A stretch of 64,000 nt of DNA. It comes from a virus (Duplodnaviria; Caudoviricetes). The notes under the pieces were generated by a model. It ran no database searches. It was given only the letters and a program-made list of their open reading frames with translations, and was not told the DNA's origin. The position numbers and the translations under genes are program-made. Below, piece after piece: positions 1-7,754 of this stretch (within the stretch, counting starts at the first letter, position 1; each line of letters starts with the position of its first letter). The stretch is from the IMG/VR virus record IMGVR_UViG_3300048854_000073, positions 1,828 to 65,827 of that record, one strand, 5' to 3'.

Positions 1-1065
1 CTGCTGAATCGATCCCACATCGCCTACCAGCGAATTTCCGATGCCCTGCCACGGCCAATCATCCACCTCATACTGCACCGCTGGCATCTGTCCATGCCAG
101 TCGAACGCAGGGCCGTCATACATCGGCTTCGACATCCCGCGATTGGAGATGATGAGCCGAAGGTAGGGATAGATCATGCAGTCTTCTTCGGTCGCAGGGC
201 GATAGAACGGCAATCCACCACGCACTCCGCCTAGGATCGGTTCGCCGAGGAAAGGCACGACATAAAACCAGCTCGTACCCGGCTGGCCCATCGGCAAAGA
301 CTTTCCATAGCGATTGATCGAGATGTCGCGGATGAAGGTGTAACGAATCTCGCAATTGAGACTGCCGAAGTCGCGCGGCTCCGCACCGTAACGGAATCGC
401 TCTGCATGGTCCACGCGTCGGCTCTGTACATGCGAGGTGTAGCGCATGCGATCCACCGGCTGCAGCTCGTCCTGATACAGCGGAAACCGGGCATGCGCCT
501 CGGCAACCGGCATGTACTCAAAGATCGTATTGCTGTAGGCGTCCTGCACGTCGTTCGAAGACGGCACCTGTGTCGGGATGACATCCATCAACCCCAAAGG
601 CTCAAAGACAAACTGACGCTCGCCAAAGCCGTAGTTCGCCGTCTTCACCTTCGGCCAGTTGTAGCCACGTCCCATCACTCCCGCGTACTGCAACGTCTTC
701 CGGAGCTGGCCGGTAAAGCACGACTCCAGATAGACCACCTTCGCCAGACGCGTTTCCATCTCGGCGTATCGCTTGAACTGCGATGCGTCGGAGCCATAGG
801 TCCCGATCTCGCGCATGTCCGACAGGGTTTCGACAAACTTGCGAACGTCGTACTTCAGTTCATTCGTGATGAGCGTCGATTTCGTCTTGTCGTTGAATAC
901 CGCATCGAAGATGCGCATATTCGTGTTCAGGTTCTTATAGGAGCGCTGACCCTGCAGCCAGCCTTCACCCTCCTGAACGTTCTCCTCTACCCATCCCATG
1001 CGCTCCTCTGGAGACGCCGTGAAGGGTGGGCACTGCCAGCACGAAAGTTTTGACCTAGCGGCCAT
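1..1065 (-). CDS. Portal protein, N-terminal part (runs off left edge; not in ORF track)
   Basis: Manually translated open frame from ATG at 1065 (MAARSKLSCWQCPPF...EGEGWLQGQRSYKNL...WPWQGIGNSLVGDVGSIQQ), no stop down to base 1; lies two genes downstream of TerL. Confidence 0.75.
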   Translation of the reverse strand, partial: MAARSKLSCWQCPPFTASPEERMGWVEENVQEGEGWLQGQRSYKNLNTNMRIFDAVFNDKTKSTLITNELKYDVRKFVETLSDMREIGTYGSDASQFKRYAEMETRLAKVVYLESCFTGQLRKTLQYAGVMGRGYNWPKVKTANYGFGERQFVFEPLGLMDVIPTQVPSSNDVQDAYSNTIFEYMPVAEAHARFPLYQDELQPVDRMRYTSHVQSRRVDHAERFRYGAEPRDFGSLNCEIRYTFIRDISINRYGKSLPMGQPGTSWFYVVPFLGEPILGGVRGGLPFYRPATEEDCMIYPYLRLIISNRGMSKPMYDGPAFDWHGQMPAVQYEVDDWPWQGIGNSLVGDVGSIQQ

Positions 1066-1579
1066 GCTCGAAGGCCTCTACATGCAGATAGCTCTGGCGA
1101 ATCGTCTTTGCCTTCTCTTCCTGCTGATCCAGCATGCGCAAGGCATGCTTCATAAACGCTGCATTCAGTCGCGCGTTCTTCGTATCGGTTCCGCTCTCCA
1201 GCTCACGCAGGCGAGCCTTGATCTGCTTGCGCAAGTCTTCACGCATCGGACCTTCGATCTGCTCGCGCTCGTAATCGCTCATCTCGGTGATGCGCTGATC
1301 CTGAGTGCGCAAACGTTCGCTCCACTTCTCCGCTTCATGTGCGTGATTGCACTCGATGGTCTGGTATCCCATCGGCTTCATCGCGTCGTACTGCGGAGGC
1401 GCGCCTTGCATGATGTGCTGCGTGCGAGGGTTGTACCAGAAGTAAATCTTCGTCTCCATCTGCGCGTTGCCGCGTGGTGTGACGATCTCCTGCACGGGTT
1501 CCTGCGCTTCCGCCTGCGCAGGTTCTTCAACCGCGAGAGGCGCAAGCGATACAGGCTTTACAAGTTCAAGTTCGGTCAT
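1055..1579 (-). CDS. Hypothetical protein between TerL and portal
   Basis: 174-aa ORF overlapping the portal start. Confidence 0.75.
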   Translation of the reverse strand: MTELELVKPVSLAPLAVEEPAQAEAQEPVQEIVTPRGNAQMETKIYFWYNPRTQHIMQGAPPQYDAMKPMGYQTIECNHAHEAEKWSERLRTQDQRITEMSDYEREQIEGPMREDLRKQIKARLRELESGTDTKNARLNAAFMKHALRMLDQQEEKAKTIRQSYLHVEAFEHGR

Positions 1580-1595
1580 AAGGGGAGGGCCGCGA

Positions 1596-1613
1596 TGTTG
1601 GCTACAGCCTACA
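1596..1613. promoter_or_regulatory. 18-bp palindromic operator copy (TGTTGGCTACAGCCTACA)
   Basis: Matches genome-wide consensus TGTAGGCTRCAGCCTACA; intergenic. Confidence 0.75.
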
Positions 1614-1642
1614 TCACATTTTCTCTCACCCGCAAGAAATTC

Positions 1643-3769
1643 CTACCAGTCGCCGACCGTCACCAACGTAGACTCCACCCAATTCGTCACCAGTTGCGGC
1701 TTGCGATCTGTCGGCATCGTGTAACGTTTCGTCGCGCGTTCCGCCATCACATCGAAGTGATGACGCGAAAAATAGCTCATCCCGGCCGCGAGAATGCGAT
1801 CATCCTTCTTCCCACTCTGATGATCCATGCGCGTCTTTCCGCTGGCCAATGTCTTGCGCTCCCACGCACGGCACTCTTCAATCAGCCACTTTGAATTCGG
1901 CTTGTACCATCCGTTGTTGATGGCATCCACGAAGCGACCTGTCAGCAAAGGACGCGTCACTGCGTTGGTGCGAAATCCCTGAATCACGCTGCGACCTTCG
2001 CGCGGGTGCTTGTGGTCGTACTGTGTGGCCGCATCGTGATGGTAGTTGAATCCCATCAGCTTCAATTGCAGTTGGCAATCATCACCCGTGCGCACGCGCT
2101 GTTCGATGCAGAACTTCACCCCACGCGGGTCCTTCGTCTTGCGTCCATACCACGCTGCCAGACAGGCTGCGAATCCAACCATCTGCGGAGCATTGACGCG
2201 GTTGTGAATGAACTCGCACACCTGCTCATCGCAGAACTCTCCGAAGACGTTGTGCGCCACCGAGAGCACCGATCGATCCTCATCCGGCGTGCCCAGCCCA
2301 TCGGCGGTATCGATGCCGAACGTGTAGTCGTAGCCCTCTTTCGGAGGCTCCCACACGCGCACGCGTCCAAGCGATGCCGCTTCGATGTCTTCGCTGCAGG
2401 GCTTCAGTGGAACCAACGCCCACTCATAGCGCTGACCACGATGCGAATTCCAGTAGACGCGAATCCGTTCCTTGTCGTAGTCAATCTCATCGTCAAGCGG
2501 CTCAAAGCCGTCATCGATGCTGTCGCCGATGATGGCGTAATCCTGAAACTTTTTGTTGCGCTCCCGGTCCAGCACCTCAATCACGTGATCTTCAAACACG
2601 GGATCGTTCTTACCCTGCAGCGCTTCAAAGTCGTCTGCTGGCATCTGCGAAAGCCAAATCTTCTGCGTGTTGGTCTTTACCGACTCGTCATAGTTGAACT
2701 CCCAATACCACTGTTGCTCCAGTGGCATCTTCCAGTTCTTCCCCATCACCTTGGCAAGATACGGCGTGTTGCGGATGTACACCTCGCAACGCGTCACATG
2801 CTTCCGCGTCTCTTTGTGCGGGCTCCAGCCTGCAGGAATCGGGAACTTGCGCAGCCAGTCCTTCTCCGGATACTGATCCGGCGCGCACGGCCATGAAAGA
2901 AAGATCGGGCATAGGCGCGCGCGTTTCTTCGGCCAGTCCTCTTTGATCGCGCGCCACTTGTTCGCCTGCCAGCCCGTGTTCCCGTTGCCGGTTCCTTCAT
3001 ACACCGCGAACAGCTTGCGCGTGGGGTGAGTCGCCTTGAACAGGCCTTCTTCCAGAACCTTCTGTGGATTCGGAATGTCGCCGATCTCCGAGATGTGTAC
3101 CAGCGTTGGCGTCCAACCCTGCGCGATACCGGTTGCCTGCGATCCTGACTGCACCGCCAGCACGGAGCCGTTGGCAAACTCCATCAGCTTGATTCGGTCT
3201 ACCGTCTGGCGCGGGATCAGCCACCACGGAAGATGCTTCAGGCAGATATCCATCATGCGGCCAAGCAGCTCCGATTTGTCGGCATTGATCGATGCCATGA
3301 CGGCCTGCGTGTTCTTCATGAACAACAGGCGATGCAGGAACTTCAAAGCCACTTTGGTGGAGACGCCGAGCTGACGCGCCTTCAACACCATCAACTCAAT
3401 CGGCCACTGCTCCTCATCGAACTCCGCGATGATCGAATCAAAGACCTCTTGCGACTGGCGATTCTGAAACTTGTAGATCGTCGCGCTGTTGTCGCTGATG
3501 TACGCATAGCGCGTCTCCCAATAGCTTGAATCGAGCGAGCAAAGAATCTGCTCGTTCTCGATCATGCGCCTGATCCAGTCCGCGCGCTGCGATGTCAGAC
3601 GCGTATTCAGGTCGATATAGCTATTGCGGGAGTTGGCGTCTACCTGCGTAATCGAGTCGATGTAAGCCTTGAACTCTTCCACCCACGCCAAAGAGTGATA
3701 CTCCGGCATCCACCCGTTGCGGCGTTCGAAGTCCACCAGATTTTGCAGGATGACGGATTGCGAGTACAT
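1643..3769 (-). CDS. terL: Terminase large subunit
   Basis: Walker A-like LKARQLGVST, Walker B-like LVHISE, nuclease motifs FGIDTADG and KKDDRILA; 708 aa. Confidence 0.93.
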   Translation of the reverse strand: MYSQSVILQNLVDFERRNGWMPEYHSLAWVEEFKAYIDSITQVDANSRNSYIDLNTRLTSQRADWIRRMIENEQILCSLDSSYWETRYAYISDNSATIYKFQNRQSQEVFDSIIAEFDEEQWPIELMVLKARQLGVSTKVALKFLHRLLFMKNTQAVMASINADKSELLGRMMDICLKHLPWWLIPRQTVDRIKLMEFANGSVLAVQSGSQATGIAQGWTPTLVHISEIGDIPNPQKVLEEGLFKATHPTRKLFAVYEGTGNGNTGWQANKWRAIKEDWPKKRARLCPIFLSWPCAPDQYPEKDWLRKFPIPAGWSPHKETRKHVTRCEVYIRNTPYLAKVMGKNWKMPLEQQWYWEFNYDESVKTNTQKIWLSQMPADDFEALQGKNDPVFEDHVIEVLDRERNKKFQDYAIIGDSIDDGFEPLDDEIDYDKERIRVYWNSHRGQRYEWALVPLKPCSEDIEAASLGRVRVWEPPKEGYDYTFGIDTADGLGTPDEDRSVLSVAHNVFGEFCDEQVCEFIHNRVNAPQMVGFAACLAAWYGRKTKDPRGVKFCIEQRVRTGDDCQLQLKLMGFNYHHDAATQYDHKHPREGRSVIQGFRTNAVTRPLLTGRFVDAINNGWYKPNSKWLIEECRAWERKTLASGKTRMDHQSGKKDDRILAAGMSYFSRHHFDVMAERATKRYTMPTDRKPQLVTNWVESTLVTVGDW

Positions 3770-3776
3770 CGTGCTG

Positions 3777-3794
3777 TGTAGCCTACAGCCTACA
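3777..3794. promoter_or_regulatory. 18-bp palindromic operator copy (TGTAGCCTACAGCCTACA)
   Basis: 7 bp upstream of the terL ATG. Confidence 0.75.
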
Positions 3795-3923
3795 CACGCT
3801 TCAAAACAAGTTCGTTAAGCACGAAAGGCCCCGGATCGCTCCGACGCCTTTCACGCCTACAAAGGAGAGACCTGCATGAGCAAGTCAGTGTCATTCTCGC
3901 CAATGACAGCTAAAGCCTACCAT

Positions 3924-3949
3924 AAAAAAGGCGGAGCCGAAGCCCCGCC
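3924..3949 (-). terminator. Rho-independent terminator
   Basis: Minus strand GGCGGGGC-TTCG-GCTCCGCC followed by TTTTTT. Confidence 0.85.
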
Positions 3950-3994
3950 AATCTGCCTTGTACGCAGTCTTATCGATGTACCTCTCGATGTGAT

Positions 3995-4198
3995 TTACAC
4001 CATACTCCGGTTACGTCTGGAGCGTACAGGCTGCGGATTCCACTTGCGGATCGGCACCTCGCGCAGCAGCTTTCGTGCTCCACACTTGCACACGCAATGC
4101 ATAAAGTGTCCTGCAGGCTCGATGCACTCATGCGTCTTCTCCGCCATCCCATGCTTCGACTCTTCATCCCATGTCTTCCCACACATGTCGTAACTCAA
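3995..4198 (-). CDS. Small Cys/His-rich hypothetical protein
   Basis: 67-aa ORF overlapping the upstream stop; HECIEPAGHFMHCVCKCG. Confidence 0.5.
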   Translation of the reverse strand: MSYDMCGKTWDEESKHGMAEKTHECIEPAGHFMHCVCKCGARKLLREVPIRKWNPQPVRSRRNRSMV

Positions 4199-4932
4199 TG
4201 GCCACGCTCCAACATGCGCGTGTTCTCCGGCAACAGCAAATCCTGCGTGCGCGTCAGGCTTGGAAACATGCGCTCCAGATCGTTCTCCACGGGCTCCAGA
4301 GAGAGCGCCGGAGCCGCATCGCCTGACTCTATCTCGCGCTTATTGCCCAATGGGTTGATGATGAACGTGCTCCCCTTGTTCGTAGGCAGAAAGCCGAGCG
4401 CCGTATCGAGCGCCGTGCGGTCTTTGTCGCCACCGGGCTCCAGCGCATACTTCACCCGGCTGGCCGTAATCCTCGGATGAGACGACAGCGCGATGATCTT
4501 CACCGCATTGGCGCTGTAGTGCTGCAGCGAAAGGATCGCGGAACCGAGAAGCCGCGTCGGGTCCACGTTGGCAACCAGCGCAATCGCCTCCCATGGAATG
4601 CATTCGCGATCTCGCTCCGGAATCAGATCGTAGCGCTCCAGAAAGGTGCGCACGTTCACATCGGCGGAGAAGCGCATCGCCTGTAGAACCTGTTTCAGGC
4701 CACCCTGCGATTGCTTCAGCAGAGAAGAGATATCCGGAACTTCCGCGATCTGCTCTTCAGTGACTTCGAGACGTTTTAGCGCGTCTTTCCGCCTGCTTTG
4801 CAGCTTTGTTGGCTTCAGTTTGGTTGAACCGTGTTTCTCTCCGGCCGATCCATTCTTCGTCGGACTCTTCACTGTAGCCCTGCGCTTCCCTGATTTGCTC
4901 TTCTTCGGTTTGACGATGTGTAACCGTGGCAT
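4195..4932 (-). CDS. Putative terminase small subunit
   Basis: Position upstream of terL, basic N-terminus, helical core, GAGGTG RBS; no diagnostic motif recognised. Confidence 0.5.
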   Translation of the reverse strand: MPRLHIVKPKKSKSGKRRATVKSPTKNGSAGEKHGSTKLKPTKLQSRRKDALKRLEVTEEQIAEVPDISSLLKQSQGGLKQVLQAMRFSADVNVRTFLERYDLIPERDRECIPWEAIALVANVDPTRLLGSAILSLQHYSANAVKIIALSSHPRITASRVKYALEPGGDKDRTALDTALGFLPTNKGSTFIINPLGNKREIESGDAAPALSLEPVENDLERMFPSLTRTQDLLLPENTRMLERGH

Positions 4933-5056
4933 CGATCACCTCTTCTGCTGGTCTTCGTTGCGGAAACCGGCGCTCAAACACATCGGCGATTCTTGCCACC
5001 GATTCGGCAAGAATCTCCAACGCTGAAGCCAGCCGTTCCGTCTGGTCGTCTCCCAT
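4757..5056 (-). CDS. Hypothetical protein (overlaps putative TerS 5' end)
   Basis: ATG 5056 after AGGAGG; helical LASALEILAESVARIADVF. Confidence 0.55.
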   Translation of the reverse strand: MGDDQTERLASALEILAESVARIADVFERRFPQRRPAEEVIDATVTHRQTEEEQIREAQGYSEESDEEWIGRRETRFNQTEANKAAKQAERRAKTSRSH

Positions 5057-5066
5057 CCATTCCCTC

Positions 5067-5474
5067 CTAGGCGGTTGCGGCTGCGACCTTCTTCGCATCC
5101 TTCTTCGCATAGCGAACGTGCTTCACCACAGAGCGGCCATCGGAGTCCTTCGTCTCTACCGGAACCGGCTGCGAAGTCTGCACCCGTACCTCGTTCGGCG
5201 GAGCGGGTTCGATGTCGAATTCGATCTCATGGGCCTCAATCGAATCCGGGTCCTGCGGCTTCACTCCCGCACTGCTCTCCGACTTGAAGGTCTCGGTGAT
5301 GAGCATGCCTGTATCGTGCAGCTCCAGATCAACCCGAATCTTTGCCGCCATCCAGTCATACGCGCTGTTCTGATTCAGGTAGCAGCTCTTCTGAAGCTGC
5401 GTTCTGATGTCATCCAGAACCGCTTCGATGACCTCGCCTCCGTTCAACTGCAGGTTCAACACCCTCTCCGGCAT
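5067..5474 (-). CDS. Hypothetical protein
   Basis: 135-aa ORF in operon context. Confidence 0.7.
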   Translation of the reverse strand: MPERVLNLQLNGGEVIEAVLDDIRTQLQKSCYLNQNSAYDWMAAKIRVDLELHDTGMLITETFKSESSAGVKPQDPDSIEAHEIEFDIEPAPPNEVRVQTSQPVPVETKDSDGRSVVKHVRYAKKDAKKVAAATA

Positions 5475-5486
5475 TCGCTCTCCTCG

Positions 5487-5747
5487 TTACTGGTTTACAG
5501 CCTCTTGTTCGAACTTGCGCTTCAGGCGATCAAACTTCGCCACAGTATTCGGCAATGGCATGCAAAGCCATTCCGGCCGCTTTTTGTTCCCATGTTCCAC
5601 GTATTGAACAGTCCTGCGCGAGATGCCAAGAATCTTGGCGAAATCGTCCTGAGACAGGAGGTGCTTACTGCGGAAATTCATCCAGTCATCGGCGATGGCT
5701 CTCTGTTCCGCAATCTGTTTGGCAGTCGGCGCTTTTGGTCGATTCAC
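5487..5747 (-). CDS. XRE/Cro-type HTH regulator
   Basis: LSQDDFAKILGISRRTVQYVEHG is an HTH_3 pattern. Confidence 0.85.
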   Translation of the reverse strand: MNRPKAPTAKQIAEQRAIADDWMNFRSKHLLSQDDFAKILGISRRTVQYVEHGNKKRPEWLCMPLPNTVAKFDRLKRKFEQEAVNQ

Positions 5748-5798
5748 TTCCCCTTTGCTCCTTCACTTGCGTCACTGCTTGCGCCATGCCCTCTATCC

Positions 5799-5816
5799 TG
5801 TAGGCTACAGCCCACA
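5799..5816. promoter_or_regulatory. 18-bp palindromic operator copy (TGTAGGCTACAGCCCACA)
   Basis: Intergenic, upstream of the HTH gene. Confidence 0.75.
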
Positions 5817-5819
5817 TTG

Positions 5820-6029
5820 TCAATTCTTAACTACACCGCGCAGTGTGCCGCACGCCTCTTTCATGCGGTCGGCCTTCAACTGCAGATCGTCCAATCGCTT
5901 CGCGTTCTCCAGCGAATAAGCTCTGATCTCATCGCGCATCTTCCGCATCCGTTCTTCGCTTCGGAATCCCACAAAAAGGCTTACCATCTGCGCCACCATC
6001 AGGATTGCTATGAGTCTTAGTCGCGCCAC
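5820..6029 (-). CDS. Small membrane-anchored coiled-coil protein
   Basis: Hydrophobic N-terminus followed by heptad-like segment. Confidence 0.5.
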   Translation of the reverse strand: MARLRLIAILMVAQMVSLFVGFRSEERMRKMRDEIRAYSLENAKRLDDLQLKADRMKEACGTLRGVVKN

Positions 6030-6203
6030 GCTTTCCTTCTTTCTTTACTGCAGGTCCGCAGTTCATCGAGCACTGACCGTCTTCCCAACAGTCACCGCAG
6101 GGCGGAATGGATCGAATGCCAAACCGGTAGTTGAAGATCACTTGCCTCCTTAATGGCGGAAGGCCGGAGCCACGTGCCTGTGTACCCCGACCTCCCGACT
6201 TCA

Positions 6204-6276
6204 TTTTTCGAGTGGGAATCGAACCCACTACCCTCTGATCCAAAATCAGATGCTCTACCAAGTGAGCTATCGAGTA
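6204..6276 (-). tRNA. Degenerate tRNA-Gln(UUG)-like element
   Basis: D arm GCTC-ACTTGGTA-GAGC, anticodon stem TCTGA/TCAGA with loop TT-TTG-GA, T arm GTGGG-TTCGATT-CCCAC; acceptor stem has mismatches at 2:71 and 3:70 and no CCA. Confidence 0.65.
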
Positions 6277-6279
6277 AGC

Positions 6280-6552
6280 GGACCTGAGTTGCTTCCACGT
6301 CGCTAACCTGAAGTGTCTTAGCCTGAAAACCGCTGCTCTACCACTGAGCTACCCTGCCATGGATTTTTGGGGGCAGGGACCGGATTCGAACCGGCGACCA
6401 CGGGTTGATTTCACTCCATCAGCTTCGCTTTGCTGTGCCGCAGGTTTGAGCCTGTTTGGGTGATAGCCTGAATGCCCCTGAGAAGGGCAGCGTGAGCCTC
6501 AACCTAAGCCTGAGCCTGAGCCTTGGACAACCTCTTTCGAGGCCACCCAAAT
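6280..6552 (-). ncRNA. Structured ncRNA with hexamer repeats and a circularly permuted tRNA-like domain (6328-6406)
   Basis: 8-bp closing helix 6544-6551/6455-6462, GAAA-tetraloop hairpin, ~13 YTCAGG-like hexamers; order T arm, 3' acceptor strand + CCA, 9-nt linker, 5' acceptor strand, D arm. Confidence 0.8.
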
Positions 6553-6554
6553 TG

Positions 6555-7316
6555 TTAGGCGGGTGACGGCTGGAAGATGTAATCCAGCAACGCTCCGCCA
6601 ATCTTGTTTACAGTAGGATCGATCTCCTCGCCATTGGCGCGAGAACGTGCCCTGCTGACCGCGCGCAGCAAGTCTTCGCCGCGCTCCAGAAACTTCGCCT
6701 TATCCGCAGGAGTAAGCATCGCCGACCACTCCTGCTCCAGAATCACACCAACGCGCTCGTCAACCGTCTCCTTCGCCACCTGCGCGGGATGCTTGTCTGT
6801 CGCCGGGGTGATGGTGATGTACTTGTCCTTCTTCTGCGTGCTGGTCTTCTTTACCTCGCGAGCCACATACACACCCGTCTCGCGCGCTGAATCCTGCGTG
6901 AAGCCCTTCGCCGGATCGAGCGTCGGGATCGTCTTGGCAAACTCCAACATCTCCCGCACGCGCTTCTCAAGCTGCAGCAAAGCGGTAGTCGGAACGTCCT
7001 TTGCAATCGTGGTTCCGTCCTCCGTGATGATGTCTGCTTTGGCGCGCGTGTTGGCCATGTCGATAGCGTAGGCCACATCAATGAATCGCATGGCGATGGG
7101 CTTCAGCCAGTCGATCTCCTTCCGCACCGTCGTCTGAATGTCGCTCTGCTCGCGCGTCTCCGGCAACTGACCTTCCGCGTCCGGGGTGTAGGTCACAATC
7201 TTCATGCCGAACAGATGTTTCTTATTCGCGAAGGTATGTTGCAGATCGGTTCTGCACTTCTCCGCCTGCCCCTTCAGGTTCGATTCGACTGCCAAAAGCT
7301 CATGCAACTTTGCCAT
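6555..7316 (-). CDS. Uncharacterised 253-aa helical-hairpin protein, candidate partner of the downstream ncRNA
   Basis: ATG 7316 after GAGGGG; MAKLHELLAVE...IDMANTRAKADI...LLQLEKRV...ATDKHPAQV...ARSRAN. From memory it resembles a widespread DUF family related to DIP1984/DUF6847 (unverified). Confidence 0.85.
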   Translation of the reverse strand: MAKLHELLAVESNLKGQAEKCRTDLQHTFANKKHLFGMKIVTYTPDAEGQLPETREQSDIQTTVRKEIDWLKPIAMRFIDVAYAIDMANTRAKADIITEDGTTIAKDVPTTALLQLEKRVREMLEFAKTIPTLDPAKGFTQDSARETGVYVAREVKKTSTQKKDKYITITPATDKHPAQVAKETVDERVGVILEQEWSAMLTPADKAKFLERGEDLLRAVSRARSRANGEEIDPTVNKIGGALLDYIFQPSPA

Positions 7317-7352
7317 AGGATTCCCCTCATGCCTCCTTGCGACTGAGAGAAA

Positions 7353-7382
7353 AATATAGCACGCTTGCGCTCTCACTTGCGC
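7353..7382 (-). promoter_or_regulatory. Promoter with extended -10 (TGCTATATT) and two GCGCAAGYG direct repeats
   Basis: Same architecture as the promoter at 12840-12869. Confidence 0.55.
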
Positions 7383-7388
7383 TATCGG

Positions 7389-7754
7389 CTAAACAAAAAT
7401 TTCAGTTTCTCCGAGAATCGATGTAGGCTGCAGCCCTGTCCACTCGCAGACCATCGCAATGTAGTTCTTCGTATCGTTTTCATTGGCCGGAGCGTACTTC
7501 GCAATCGCCTCTGCCACCGTCAACTGGATGTAGGCTGGAGACAACAGCAGCCCCTCCAGTGCCTTGAAGCCGCTGGCAGCATCCGGGAAGATCGCAAACC
7601 TGCCATCGCTCCCTGTCGCTCCATAGCGCTTCGCAAAGCTTCCATATTCGATATTGCCGGGATTGTTGTTCCGCTTCGCACGCGTATTGTCGGAGGCATA
7701 GAAGCCCTCCATCGTGGCAATCGCCTGCGCCAGCGTCTTCCTCCGGCTACTCAA
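7389..7754 (-). CDS. Lysozyme-like protein, putative endolysin
   Basis: IATMEGFY...RNNNPGNIEYG...AKYAPANENDTKNYI, typical of the phage NNPGN lysozyme-like family. Confidence 0.75.
   Translation of the reverse strand: MSSRRKTLAQAIATMEGFYASDNTRAKRNNNPGNIEYGSFAKRYGATGSDGRFAIFPDAASGFKALEGLLLSPAYIQLTVAEAIAKYAPANENDTKNYIAMVCEWTGLQPTSILGETEIFV
7422..7439. promoter_or_regulatory. Partial operator copy (TGTAGGCTGCAGCCCTGT) inside the lysozyme CDS
   Basis: Left half perfect; ~40 bp upstream of the ncRNA-operon promoter. Confidence 0.45.

Noticed and set aside
6322-6333. UCA-anticodon (opal suppressor) tRNA formed by circularisation, implying genetic-code recoding
   Set aside because: The TCA belongs to a TTCAGG hexamer. 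TGA is used as a normal stop in many ATGA overlaps, and ORFs are intact in the standard code.
6280-6552. Two-piece (permuted) tmRNA
   Set aside because: It has a full D stem, lacks the G3-U70 alanine determinant (C3-G70 here), and no tag ORF or pseudoknots were recognised.
6280-6552. Canonical YrlA Y RNA
   Set aside because: The topology is similar, but there is no Ro60/Rsr gene in the window and only a partial GNCGAAG-like match (AGCGAAG). The hexamer array and encoded CCA are not Y RNA features as I know them. Not fully excluded without an Rfam search.
6419-6601. 60-aa ORF with LRLRLRLRL
   Set aside because: Translation shadow of the hexamer repeats; no RBS.
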